From an uncultured Holophaga sp. (GTDB taxonomy: Bacteria; Acidobacteriota; Holophagae; Holophagales; Holophagaceae): a stretch of DNA of 64,000 nucleotides. Positions 9,560 to 19,058 of the stretch are shown here, piece after piece. A program made the translations under genes and the position numbers. The DNA lies in assembly GCA_963664825.1 (NCBI GenBank), contig OY761614.1, positions 2,496,001 to 2,560,000 on the forward strand, written 5' to 3'. The notes under the pieces were generated by a model that saw nothing but the letters and a program-made list of their open reading frames with translations, was not told the origin of the DNA and searched no databases. Positions within the stretch are counted from its first letter, which is position 1; every line of letters starts with the position of its first letter.

Positions 9560-10303
9560 TTACTGCCCTCTGGCGACGTCGTTGATGCTGCGGGAGTCCA
9601 GATCATTGGTGATCGTGGAAGCCACCTTGAGGCTCATCTCGAAGAGACGGTTCAGGCGGATCATGTCGACCATCGTGCTGGCCATGTCCACAGAGCTCTG
9701 TTCCAGCTGACCCTGGGTCACGGTGGCCGTGGCGGGCGCTTCCTCCATGCCTGTGGGATCGTAGCGGCCCGAGCCCACCCGGGGCAGGGCCGCCGGCGTC
9801 TTGTAGGCCTTCAGATCCAGCTGGCCCAGCACGGTCTGCCCCTGCTGAAGGGTGCCATCGGATCCGATGGTGAAGGCTCCGCCCTGGGGGTTGATTTGAA
9901 GCGCTTGGCCCTTTTTGCCTAGCACGGCCAGGCCATCCAGGGTCTGGAGTTCGCCCTTGGGGCCCAGTTTGAAGCGCCCATCGCGGGTGGCCTGGGGGCC
10001 CTGGGCGGTCTGGACCATGAAGAAGGCGTTGCCCTCGATGGCCAGATCCAGGCTGCGGCCCGTGGCCTTGAAGGCGCCCTGGGAGAAGTCCATCCCCCGC
10101 TGGGCCAGGACCGTGCCGTCATTGACCGACTGGGTGAGGGGCAGGTTACGACCGCTGCTCTGGGCCTTGTTGAACACGGAGAAGAAGCTCCGCTCCGTCT
10201 TGTAGCCCACGGTGCTGGTGTTGGCCAGATTATTGGACAGGGTCTCCAGCTGGAAGGACCTAGCCTTCAGGCTGCCAGCGGCGACGTAGTATGCAGGATC
10301 CAT
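9560..10303 (-). CDS. flgF: Flagellar rod protein FlgF
   Basis: SNNLANTSTVGYK, TGRSLDLAIEG, TRDGRF; precedes flgG. Confidence 0.88.
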   Translation of the reverse strand: MDPAYYVAAGSLKARSFQLETLSNNLANTSTVGYKTERSFFSVFNKAQSSGRNLPLTQSVNDGTVLAQRGMDFSQGAFKATGRSLDLAIEGNAFFMVQTAQGPQATRDGRFKLGPKGELQTLDGLAVLGKKGQALQINPQGGAFTIGSDGTLQQGQTVLGQLDLKAYKTPAALPRVGSGRYDPTGMEEAPATATVTQGQLEQSSVDMASTMVDMIRLNRLFEMSLKVASTITNDLDSRSINDVARGQ

Positions 10304-10326
10304 CTGGGCACCTCTCGCCCATATAG

Positions 10327-10342
10327 AGCCAAAGCCGTGCCA
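10327..10342 (-). promoter_or_regulatory. Putative sigma54 (-24/-12) promoter of flgF-flgG-flgA
   Basis: Minus strand reads TGGCACGGCTTTGGCT (GG-N10-GC), about 24 nt before the flgF ATG. Confidence 0.6.
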
Positions 10343-10356
10343 AGCCTAACTGGCCT

Positions 10357-10794
10357 TTAGGTCTTGGACCTCCGGCCTTCGCCCTCCACCCAGGCTTCCC
10401 GCCCCTCGGCATAGCGTTCCCGCTTCCAGATGGGCACGCACGCTTTGATTCGGTCCATGATCCAGAGGGCGGCTTCGAAGGCCTCCTTGCGATGGACTGA
10501 AGCGGTGACCACGACCACGGCGGCTTCGGTGAGGGGTACCGGGCCGATGCGGTGATGGATCAGGCAGCGCAGCAGGCTGAAGCGCTCCAGGGCCTCGGCC
10601 CGGAGCCTTTCGAGTTCGGCCACGGCCATGGGGACATAGGCCTCATAGGCGAGGCCCTCGACATCAAGCCCTGCGTGATGATCCCGGGCGCAGCCTTCGA
10701 AGACTACGATGGCGCCTGCGCCAGGATCCGTGGCCTCGGCCCGGAGCCTGGGCGGGTCCAGGGGTGCCTCAATCACGGCCACGGGTGCCATCAT
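10357..10794 (-). CDS. moaE: Molybdopterin synthase catalytic subunit
   Basis: [35 protein letters not shown]. Confidence 0.92.
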   Translation of the reverse strand: MMAPVAVIEAPLDPPRLRAEATDPGAGAIVVFEGCARDHHAGLDVEGLAYEAYVPMAVAELERLRAEALERFSLLRCLIHHRIGPVPLTEAAVVVVTASVHRKEAFEAALWIMDRIKACVPIWKRERYAEGREAWVEGEGRRSKT

Positions 10795-10921
10795 TCCCTC
10801 AGAACCTCCCCCGGGTAGCGTGCCACAATTCCGCCCCTCTGGGCCGTCCAGGCTCCTGATCGACTCCTCCGAGGGATTTGACGGGGCGATCCTTTTTCGG
10901 GATGGTGGGACTGGAGCTTCC

Positions 10922-11383
10922 ATGTCCCTGCATCCGAAGGTCGAACTCTACTGCGATGGCGCCTGCCTGGGAAACCCCGGCCCCGGGGGCTGGGCCTACC
11001 TGCTCCGGTTCCGCACGGCCACCGGCGCCAAGGAGAAGGAAGGATCGGGGGGGGATCTGGAGACCACCAACAACCGCATGGAACTCCTGGCCGCCATCCG
11101 GGGTCTGGAATCCCTGGCCAAGCCCTGCGAGGTCGAGCTCTTCTCCGATAGCCAGTACGTGGTCAAGGGCATCACCAGCTGGCTGGCGGGTTGGAAGCGT
11201 GCGGGGTGGCGGAAGGCCGACAAACAGCCGGTCCTGAATGCCGAAATCTGGCAGGTCCTGGATGCTCAGCTTCAGCGGCATCGCGTGAAGGCCGCCTGGG
11301 TGCGGGGCCATGCCGGGCATGCGGAGAACGAGCGGGTGGATACCCTGGCCCGGGAAGCCGCCGAAAAAATGGCCCGGGGTTGA
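10922..11383 (+). CDS. rnhA: Ribonuclease HI
   Basis: [40 protein letters not shown]. Confidence 0.96.
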   Translation: MSLHPKVELYCDGACLGNPGPGGWAYLLRFRTATGAKEKEGSGGDLETTNNRMELLAAIRGLESLAKPCEVELFSDSQYVVKGITSWLAGWKRAGWRKADKQPVLNAEIWQVLDAQLQRHRVKAAWVRGHAGHAENERVDTLAREAAEKMARG

Positions 11384-11413
11384 CCCGGGCCATTCCAGGA
11401 AAGGGATTGTCGA

Positions 11414-13243
11414 CTACCTCGGCTTGCCGAAGTTGTAATCCACGGTGAGCCAGGCGTTGACGGCCTTGCCGCCCCGGGTGGCGGGGGCGTAGGCACTCTC
11501 GTAGGCGGCCTGCTTGGCCGCGTCGTTGTAGCCGACGGCGCTATCGACGCCCTTATCGATGACGACCTTCACGGGCCTTCCGCTGGCGTCCACGTAGACC
11601 TTCACGGAAACGTGGATATCGCTGCCCCGGAGGGAAGGGGGCAGGAAATTCTTGTTGAGGAGGCGGGGTTGGTTGGGCGCGGCGCGCCGGGTCATGAAGG
11701 CCGAGGTCTCTGGAACCGCGGCAGCGGCCTGGGGCTGAGGCGCGGGTTGGGCTTGGGGCTGAGGAGCGGCTTGGACGGCCTGCTGGGGTGCCGGAATGGC
11801 GCTGGGCTGGTTCTTGGGAAGACTCCGCGGGAGCTGGCCGGGATTGAGTTGGGCGGGCAGGTTAGAGGGGGGCAGGGCGGTGGGGGGTGGGGCCATGGGG
11901 CGAGCCTGGGCCTGGGCCTGGCGCGCCGTCGCCTGTTGGGCCTGTTGCTGGGTCTCCACCTTCTTCCGCTGCAGATCAGCCTGCTGTTTGTTGGCTTCGT
12001 CCAGTTTGGCCTGGGCCTTTTTCTTTTCCTCGGTGGTCTTGGCTTCCTTCAGCTCCTTACCGGCCTCCTCTTTCTTGCTCTGGGCCAGTTGTTCCTGACG
12101 GTTGATATCGGCCAGCTTGGCGGTGAATTCCGCATTCTCCCGCTGGGCCATGGCCAGTTCTTCGGTCCTCTTGTTCAAGGCCTTGGAATCGGAGCAGGAT
12201 TTAAAGCCGAGGATGCCCACCAGCGCGGCCACGCCCACGCCGCCCCAGACGACGAACTTGGTGTAGCTCTTCCCGCCGACCGTCTCGAAGAGCTTACCTT
12301 GGCTGGGTTCGCTCTCCAGGAAGGGGGAGAAATCCGCGGTCTGGTCGGCCTTCATGGCCTGGGTATCGAACTCATTTTCCTCACGAAAGAGGGTGTGCAT
12401 GAAGAAGGCCATATTGAAGGTCGTCGGGCTGTAGTCGCCGTCGTAGAGCACCCGCTCCAGTTCTGAACTCAGTGCGCTGGGGCTCTCGAAGACCTTGTCC
12501 ACTCCCAGCAGGCGCTTCAGGAGGGCCAGGATCTCCTGGGGGACGGGCTCATCCTCCTGGGCGGCCTTGAGCGTGGTCTTGGCCAATGTCGGGGAGAGCA
12601 GTTCGGGGCTGGGGAGCTTGTCCAGGGTCAGGAGCTCGTAGAACACCGCCCCCAAGGCGAAGAGATCATTCTGGAGGGGGGTCGTTCCGGCCGCGCTGCG
12701 ATAGCGGGAAAGGGTCGCCGAGGCGATGGGGCACTTGGGAAGCAGCGCCTGGAGGCTGGCGGCGATGGGGGCGTCCAGGAGTTCCGTGGCACCCTCGAAG
12801 CTGACCCACACGCTATGGGGCGACAAGGTGCCGTGGCTCACACCCTTGGCGTGGAGCTGAATCAACGACTGGGCCACGCCCTGGAGTACGGAGAGCGCGT
12901 GATCGACGCCCAGGGGAATCTGCTCATGCTTGGCCTTTTCCAGCATCTGGGCCAGGCTGCGGCCCTGAATGTAATCGCAGACCACATGCGGCGTGCGGCC
13001 GCCCTCGACCTTGTAGCCGTGGCCGAAGCCGCGCTGGCCGGCAAGCAGAGAGACCACCCGATGGACCTCCTCGGTGCGGGCGCCGATGCCGGCTTCGATG
13101 ACTTCCTCGGTGAAGGTCCGGATGAGCACGTGGTGCTCGAAGCTGCTGCCGGAGAGACTGAGGCCCCGATGGATCTTCCCGAAGGGATCCGCGGCGAGTT
13201 CATTGGCCAGCAGATAGTTACCGAGTCGGGTGTAGGAGGCCAT
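11414..13243 (-). CDS. Membrane protein: Ser/Thr kinase-like (probable pseudokinase), TM helix, coiled coil, Pro/Gln linker, TonB C-terminal domain
   Basis: LGNYLL, YIQGRSL, HGTLSPHSV, DLFALGAVFYELLT; TM FVVWGGVGVAALVGILGF; C-terminal VKVYVDASG...PATRGGKAVNAW...YNF. Confidence 0.75.
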   Translation of the reverse strand: MASYTRLGNYLLANELAADPFGKIHRGLSLSGSSFEHHVLIRTFTEEVIEAGIGARTEEVHRVVSLLAGQRGFGHGYKVEGGRTPHVVCDYIQGRSLAQMLEKAKHEQIPLGVDHALSVLQGVAQSLIQLHAKGVSHGTLSPHSVWVSFEGATELLDAPIAASLQALLPKCPIASATLSRYRSAAGTTPLQNDLFALGAVFYELLTLDKLPSPELLSPTLAKTTLKAAQEDEPVPQEILALLKRLLGVDKVFESPSALSSELERVLYDGDYSPTTFNMAFFMHTLFREENEFDTQAMKADQTADFSPFLESEPSQGKLFETVGGKSYTKFVVWGGVGVAALVGILGFKSCSDSKALNKRTEELAMAQRENAEFTAKLADINRQEQLAQSKKEEAGKELKEAKTTEEKKKAQAKLDEANKQQADLQRKKVETQQQAQQATARQAQAQARPMAPPPTALPPSNLPAQLNPGQLPRSLPKNQPSAIPAPQQAVQAAPQPQAQPAPQPQAAAAVPETSAFMTRRAAPNQPRLLNKNFLPPSLRGSDIHVSVKVYVDASGRPVKVVIDKGVDSAVGYNDAAKQAAYESAYAPATRGGKAVNAWLTVDYNFGKPR

Positions 13244-13302
13244 CGAGTGCTCCAATAAAGAGATGCTTGGAAGATAACTCTGATTAGGAAGAATTCCTAG
13301 AT

Positions 13303-13980
13303 CTAGGAGGGCGTTTCCCAAAGGTCACCCACGGCACGCCAGGTCTGGATCCAGATATTGGCTGTGGCGTTGACGCCGTTGGAAAAGGAGAGCTGAAGCT
13401 GGGCGAAGGGGACCGAAAGGGTGTCCCAGGGGCCCTTGGGCCTTCCCGAAGTCTCGTCGAAGCATTCCAGCAGCATCCGGTGGCGCTCCCACTTGGTCTT
13501 CGACCAGTCCAGCAGGGCGGGCCTCGGATCCAGGGGGGCCGTGACGGCCCAGAAGGCTTCCCGGCTCACCACCAGGCGCCGCAGATGCTCGTCGCCATAA
13601 GCCTGGAACCGTTCCCGGAGGGGCGTCATGCCTCGGTTGGCCGAAGGGTCGGTGAGGAGCTGGACCATGTGAGCCAGGGTTCCCAGCTCCCGGACCAGTT
13701 GGGCGGGCCTGCGATGCTCCTCGCTCATGCGGACGACGCGTCGGAACTGTTCTTCCACCTCCTCGACCGTGGGAGCCTGGTCGCTGGAGATACCCCGGGC
13801 CCCCTGGGCGAGCTCAAGGGGGTGGGCCCGCAGATACACCGCCATGCCGCCGGGGAGGAGACCCGTGGCGAATTCCGTCTGGGCTTCATGGAAGCGGGGG
13901 CTCCAGGCCTGAAGGGCGCAGGGCACGGCCAGGGCTGCCGAGAGGAGGGCGGGGAGCAGGCGGCGGGGCATTGAAATCAC
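13303..13980 (-). CDS. Secreted protein, possibly a degenerate Zn-dependent phospholipase C / P1-nuclease fold
   Basis: Signal peptide ending LQA, mature start WSPRFH, internal LGTLAHMVQLLTDP. Confidence 0.5.
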   Translation of the reverse strand: MISMPRRLLPALLSAALAVPCALQAWSPRFHEAQTEFATGLLPGGMAVYLRAHPLELAQGARGISSDQAPTVEEVEEQFRRVVRMSEEHRRPAQLVRELGTLAHMVQLLTDPSANRGMTPLRERFQAYGDEHLRRLVVSREAFWAVTAPLDPRPALLDWSKTKWERHRMLLECFDETSGRPKGPWDTLSVPFAQLQLSFSNGVNATANIWIQTWRAVGDLWETPS

Positions 13981-14043
13981 GGGACCTCGCAGGTGGGAAG
14001 CTTATAGGTTAACCCCTCGGACCACCTTGGCTACACTTCCCGG

Positions 14044-16359
14044 GTGCTCACCCGTCAACGACTCTGGCAGCGCCTCAGCGGGGCTCCCCTTTGGAGCCTC
14101 CCCTGGGCCCTGGCCTTGGCCTGCGCGCTGCCCTGGCTGCTGCCCGAATCCTGGGGGGGGCTTCTGCCGGGATGGCTGTTGCCCCTGGGTTGTCTCCTGA
14201 CGCTAGCCTCCTTGCCGCTGTTGGTTTTTCGCCGGGCCTCGGTGCTGCCCTTGGCCCTGGGCCTTGGAATGTTGACGCTGCTGGGCTTGCGGGGGATGGC
14301 TCGGGCAGAACAGGCCCTTCCCACCGGCTTCCTGGCCCTGGAGGGACAGATCTCGGCGCCTTGGAATCTGCAGGCGGAGCGCCGCATGAGCCGGATCCGG
14401 CTCCAGCAGCCCCGGGCCATGGCCGGGCTGGAACTGCCCCTCAGCCTCCCGGGGGAAGGGAACCCGGCCCCGGAACCTGGGACGCCGGTGCGGTTTCGGG
14501 CCGAACTGCTTCGTGTGGAGGCGGGCCCGAGCTTTCTCGGGGAGCGCCCCCTTTGGCGGGCCCGGGGGGACGGCACGCCTCGGCGGATCCACCTCCGTTC
14601 CGCCGACCTCATGGAGGTCCTGGGCCCCCCCAGGCCCTCCCCGCTGCTCCGGCTCCAGACCTTCATCCATGGGCGCTTCCTGGCCCTTCCCCTGGGGGAG
14701 GGACCGGCCCGGGATCTCTGGGGCGCACTCACCCTGGGCTATCCCCCCGCCCGGCCGGACGTATTCAGCGCCTTCGCCGAAAGCGGTACCATCCATACGC
14801 TGGTGGTATCGGGGCTCCAGGTGACGCTGGTGATGGCCTTCCTGGAGGTCCTCTGGAGACGGCTCTTCCGGCGGGGTTCCACCGCGGCTTCCATCCTGGT
14901 GGGGCTCCTCTATTGCGCGGTGGTGGGCTTTTCCGCACCGGTCTGGCGAGGGCTCCTCATGGGCTTCGCTTGGGCTCTGGGGCGGCGCAGTGGGTGGGAA
15001 CTCCCGCCCGTGCTCACCCTGCACGGCGCCCTCCTCCTGTGGCTGCTGTTGCACCCCTCGGCGGGGGCCGATCCGGGATTCCTGCTGGCCTGGTTCGCCC
15101 TGCTGGGGCTGCTCTGGTGTGCAGAACCCCTGGCGGGCCTCCTGGGACCCTTCCTGGGCCGCAGATCCCTCCTCGCGGCGCGCTTCATCGCCCCTTGGCT
15201 GACCACGCTGCCCCTGTTGGCCCTCCTCCATGGCGGGGCCCCGATCTGGGGCGCCCTGGCCAATGTGCTGGTGTTGCCCCTGGTGGCCCTGATCACGCCC
15301 CTCTGCCTGGTGCTCACGGTGCTGCCTGTGCCCGGCCTGGTCCAGATTCTCGGGAGCCTGCTGGCCTGGACCGGCAGCGTGCTGGTGCCCTTTTTCGCCC
15401 GGATTCAGCCGCTGGCCACGGGGATCCTCTGGCCCTGGATTGCCCTCTGCCTGGGTTGGATCGCCCTCGCCCAGCTCCACGCCCGCTTTCGGCGAAGTCG
15501 GGCACTGACGTTGGCCCTGGTGGCGACATCTCTTTTGCTGCTGGCCTTTCGGGGTACGGGGCGTAGAACGCAATCCTTCAGTCTAGAGGCCCCGGATATC
15601 GGCCAGGGGGATGCGCTCTTGCTGCGGGTGCCGGGAGGCGACGCGACCCTGGTGGACACGGGGCCCACTCCATGGGCGGCCCGGCGCCTGGTGCGGGTGC
15701 TCAGTGGGCGGGGCGTGCGGGAACCGCTCCACCTCGTGCTGACCCATCCCCACAGCGATCATGCCGGTGGATGGGCCACTCTGGCCAGGCTCTGGCCCAT
15801 CGTTTCCCTGACCCTTCCCGATACGGCCAATCCCCTGGAACTCTGGGCCCCCGTGGCCCCGCGGGGAGGGTTGGAGGAAGCTCGGCGCGTCCTCCGGGGC
15901 GAGGGCTGGTTCCGGGGCGCGGCCCATTTTGAAGTGCGCTGGCCCCCGAAGCCCTTCGATTTGCCCGATGCCAATATGATTTCCCAGGTGCTCCGCGTGA
16001 GCTGGCAGGACCGGGAACTGTGGCTGATGGGGGACGCCATGGCCATCCAGGAGCGAGATCTGATGGATCTGGGGGACCCCGGGCCCGGAGGGGCCCATCG
16101 GCTCCTGAAGGCCGGGCACCACGGCAGCGCATCGGCTTCGGATGCCGCCTGGATCGCCGCCCTCTCGCCCGAACTCGTGCTCTTCACCGTGGGGCGGCGC
16201 AATCCCTTCGAGTTCCCCTCCCCCCGGACGCTGGAGACCCTCGGACAGACGCCGCACTTCAGCACAGGCCCCAGTGGCGGTGTGCGCGTGGTGGTCGTGC
16301 CCGGAGGGTGGCGCGTGGAGACGGGGGCAGGTGCCACCCATGTGCCGTTGAGGCCCTGA
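14044..16359 (+). CDS. comEC: ComEC/Rec2 competence protein
   Basis: GTIHTLVVSGLQ competence domain, DIGQGDA, LTHPHSDHAGG, LKAGHHGS. Confidence 0.9.
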   Translation: MLTRQRLWQRLSGAPLWSLPWALALACALPWLLPESWGGLLPGWLLPLGCLLTLASLPLLVFRRASVLPLALGLGMLTLLGLRGMARAEQALPTGFLALEGQISAPWNLQAERRMSRIRLQQPRAMAGLELPLSLPGEGNPAPEPGTPVRFRAELLRVEAGPSFLGERPLWRARGDGTPRRIHLRSADLMEVLGPPRPSPLLRLQTFIHGRFLALPLGEGPARDLWGALTLGYPPARPDVFSAFAESGTIHTLVVSGLQVTLVMAFLEVLWRRLFRRGSTAASILVGLLYCAVVGFSAPVWRGLLMGFAWALGRRSGWELPPVLTLHGALLLWLLLHPSAGADPGFLLAWFALLGLLWCAEPLAGLLGPFLGRRSLLAARFIAPWLTTLPLLALLHGGAPIWGALANVLVLPLVALITPLCLVLTVLPVPGLVQILGSLLAWTGSVLVPFFARIQPLATGILWPWIALCLGWIALAQLHARFRRSRALTLALVATSLLLLAFRGTGRRTQSFSLEAPDIGQGDALLLRVPGGDATLVDTGPTPWAARRLVRVLSGRGVREPLHLVLTHPHSDHAGGWATLARLWPIVSLTLPDTANPLELWAPVAPRGGLEEARRVLRGEGWFRGAAHFEVRWPPKPFDLPDANMISQVLRVSWQDRELWLMGDAMAIQERDLMDLGDPGPGGAHRLLKAGHHGSASASDAAWIAALSPELVLFTVGRRNPFEFPSPRTLETLGQTPHFSTGPSGGVRVVVVPGGWRVETGAGATHVPLRP

Positions 16360-16363
16360 GGAA

Positions 16364-16957
16364 TCAGAAGACTCCGCGGGTCCTTAACGCCTCGACGAGT
16401 TCGCGGCTCACCCGGGCATGCTGGGCTTCCCATTCCTCGTGGGCGTGGGGGCCCACGCGGTTGGCCACGGCCAGGGCCGCGGCGACGGGCACATCGGCGG
16501 CGTGGCAGGCGGCAAAAATCCCGCTGAGCTCCAGGTGCTCGGCGGCGGCGATCTGGGAGAACGCTCGGGCGCCTTCCGCGGTCTTCGTGATGGCAGGGGG
16601 GACGGCGACACAGTGGCCAGGGAGGGGCAGGGGCCAGTTGGAGGCCCAGCGTGTGCGTTCACGCTCAGGGCGGTAGGCGCGGCCCTCCAGTTCTTCCAGG
16701 GAAATGGAGACGGCTTCGGTGGCGCTGATCCGGTCGCCGATTCCGAGACGCGCATCGTAGGCCCCGCAGGTGCCCAGGAAGAGCACCCGCTCCGGTCGGA
16801 GCTCCGCAATCATGCGGGTGACCGTTACGGCCGACGTCAGTGCCCCTAGACCCGTGCAGGCCACCCGCCATCCCGCAGGAGGGGCCGCGTCCAGGCCCGC
16901 CAGTTCCGGCGGGAAGGCCGCCAGGAGCAGGGAAATGCGGATCGGCGAATCGGCCAT
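16364..16957 (-). CDS. Purine nucleoside phosphorylase family protein (futalosine hydrolase / MTA-SAH nucleosidase-like)
   Basis: TGLG, FLGTCGAY, EHLELSG, VANRVG. Confidence 0.7.
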   Translation of the reverse strand: MADSPIRISLLLAAFPPELAGLDAAPPAGWRVACTGLGALTSAVTVTRMIAELRPERVLFLGTCGAYDARLGIGDRISATEAVSISLEELEGRAYRPERERTRWASNWPLPLPGHCVAVPPAITKTAEGARAFSQIAAAEHLELSGIFAACHAADVPVAAALAVANRVGPHAHEEWEAQHARVSRELVEALRTRGVF

Positions 16958-16985
16958 GGCCAGGAAGGGTCTCCTCTTGGGGGAG

Positions 16986-17315
16986 CTATTTCTTGAGGGG
17001 GATGAAAAAGGAATCCGGGAGCCCCATGCGCATCACGAACTGGTCCCAGGTGAGCCTATTCTTCACCTTCTCGCCTTCATCCAGGACGATGCGGCAGGTG
17101 TGGTTCTCCGCGGCGCATTCGATGGCGGCGTGCTTCTCGAAGCGGACGATTTTGAGGGCCTTGCCCTCCTTGAACACCGTGATGCCCTTCAGAAATTTCT
17201 TCTGGAATTTGGGCATCAGCAGGTCCTTGTAGGTCCTGAGGGCGCCGTAGGGCGATTGGAAGGAGGCGAGTTCTTCTCCTGTATCGCGCGTGAACAGCTT
17301 GAAGGTGATCTTCAT
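16986..17315 (-). CDS. Hypothetical basic protein coupled to ettA
   Basis: ATGA overlap with the ettA stop; GC3-rich codon usage. Confidence 0.7.
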   Translation of the reverse strand: MKITFKLFTRDTGEELASFQSPYGALRTYKDLLMPKFQKKFLKGITVFKEGKALKIVRFEKHAAIECAAENHTCRIVLDEGEKVKNRLTWDQFVMRMGLPDSFFIPLKK

Positions 17316-18997
17316 CGCGTGAGCTTCCGGTATTTAATGCGGTGGGGTTCGAAGGGCTTCAGGCCCAGGATATCCTTCCGGTATTCCTCGTACTGGGTGT
17401 AGTTGCCATCGAAGTATTCCACGCGGCTATCGCCCTCGAAGGCCAGGATGTGGGTGGCCAGGCGATCCAGGAACCAGCGGTCATGGCTGATGATGACGGC
17501 GCTGCCGGCGAAATTCTCGATGGCTTCTTCCAGCGCGCGCATGGTGTTCACGTCGAGATCATTGGTGGGCTCGTCGAAGAGCAGCACGTTGCCGCCGCTC
17601 TTGAGCAGGAGGGCCAGGTTGAGGCGGTTCTGCTGGCCGCCGGAGAGCTCCTTCACCTTCTTCTGCTGGGCCTCCCCGGTGAAGCCGAAGCGGCTCAGCC
17701 AGGCCCGGGCGTTCACCAGCTTGCCCCCCAGCTCAATCTGCTCCCGGCCGTCTGAGATGGCTTCAAACACGCTCTTCTCCAGGTTCAGGTTGGAGCGCAG
17801 CTGATCGACGTAGGTGAGCTTCACCGTGTCGCCCAGGGAGATCTCTCCGGCATCGGTGGATTCCTGTCCCGTGAGCATGCGGAAAAGGGTGGTCTTGCCC
17901 GCGCCGTTGGCGCCGATGACCCCCAGGATGCCGCCCCGGGGTATCTCGAAGTCCAGATTGTCGAAGAGCACCTTGTCGCCATAGGCCTTGGAGACGCCCT
18001 TGAATTCGGCCACCACGTCCCCCAGGCGGGGGCCCGCCGGGATGTAGATCTCCAGTTCCTGTTCCCTCTCGGCCCCTTCGGCTCCGGCGAGTTTCTCGAA
18101 GTTGGCGATGCGGGCCTTGCTCTTGGTGTGCTGACCCTTGGGGGACATGCGGATCCACTCCAGTTCGCGCTCCAGTGTCTTCTCCCGCCGCTGGTCGGAT
18201 CGCTCTTCCCGGGCCAGGCGCGCCGATTTCTGCTCGAGCCAGGAGGAATAATTGCCCTTCCAGGGGATGCCCTCGCCCCGGTCCAGCTCCAGGATCCACT
18301 GGGCCACGTGGTCCAGGAAGTAGCGGTCATGGGTCACGGCGATGACCGTGCCCTCGTAGCGCTGGAGATGCTGCTCCAGCCAGGCCACAGTCTCGGCGTC
18401 CAGGTGGTTCGTCGGTTCGTCCAGCAGGAGGATATCGGGCTTCTGGAGCAGCAGGCGGCAGAGGGCCACCCGGCGCCGCTCGCCGCCCGATAGCACGCTG
18501 ATCTTGGTATCGGGATCCGGGCAGCGCAGGGCGTCCATGGCCTGTTCCAGCTGGGCGTCCAGATCCCAGCAATCCAGGGCGTCGATCTTCTCCTGCAGCT
18601 CTCCCTGGCGGGCCAGGAGCTTGTCGTAGTCGGCATCGGGATCGGCGAAGGCCTCCCCGATGGCGTTGTACTCCCGCAGGAGGGCAGCCTTCTCCCCCGC
18701 GCCTTCTTCTACGACTTCGCGCACGGTCTTGGTCTCGTCGAGCCGGGGCTCCTGCTCCAGCATCCCCGTTGTGTAGCCCTTGGAGAGCACGGCCTCGCCG
18801 TTGAAGTCCGGGTCCACGCCGGCCATGATGCGCAGCACCGTGGACTTGCCCGAGCCGTTGAGGCCCAGCACGCCGATCTTGGCCCCGTAGAAATAGGACA
18901 GCGAGATGTCCTTGATGACGGGCTTGCTGTTGTAGATCTTGCTGACCCGCATCATCGAATAGATGATTTCGGGCTGGTCGCTCACGGGTTTGGCCAT
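17312..18997 (-). CDS. ettA: Energy-dependent translational throttle ABC-F protein
   Basis: SYFYGAKIGVLGLNGSGKS, LSGGERRRVALCRLLL, two ABC domains, C-terminal HRIKYRKL. Confidence 0.95.
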   Translation of the reverse strand: MAKPVSDQPEIIYSMMRVSKIYNSKPVIKDISLSYFYGAKIGVLGLNGSGKSTVLRIMAGVDPDFNGEAVLSKGYTTGMLEQEPRLDETKTVREVVEEGAGEKAALLREYNAIGEAFADPDADYDKLLARQGELQEKIDALDCWDLDAQLEQAMDALRCPDPDTKISVLSGGERRRVALCRLLLQKPDILLLDEPTNHLDAETVAWLEQHLQRYEGTVIAVTHDRYFLDHVAQWILELDRGEGIPWKGNYSSWLEQKSARLAREERSDQRREKTLERELEWIRMSPKGQHTKSKARIANFEKLAGAEGAEREQELEIYIPAGPRLGDVVAEFKGVSKAYGDKVLFDNLDFEIPRGGILGVIGANGAGKTTLFRMLTGQESTDAGEISLGDTVKLTYVDQLRSNLNLEKSVFEAISDGREQIELGGKLVNARAWLSRFGFTGEAQQKKVKELSGGQQNRLNLALLLKSGGNVLLFDEPTNDLDVNTMRALEEAIENFAGSAVIISHDRWFLDRLATHILAFEGDSRVEYFDGNYTQYEEYRKDILGLKPFEPHRIKYRKLTR

Positions 18998-19058
18998 GGG
19001 GAATCCTTGGAAAATGAGTGCGAATTTTCAGTCTATCGTTGGGCGGCGGTGTCCCGGG

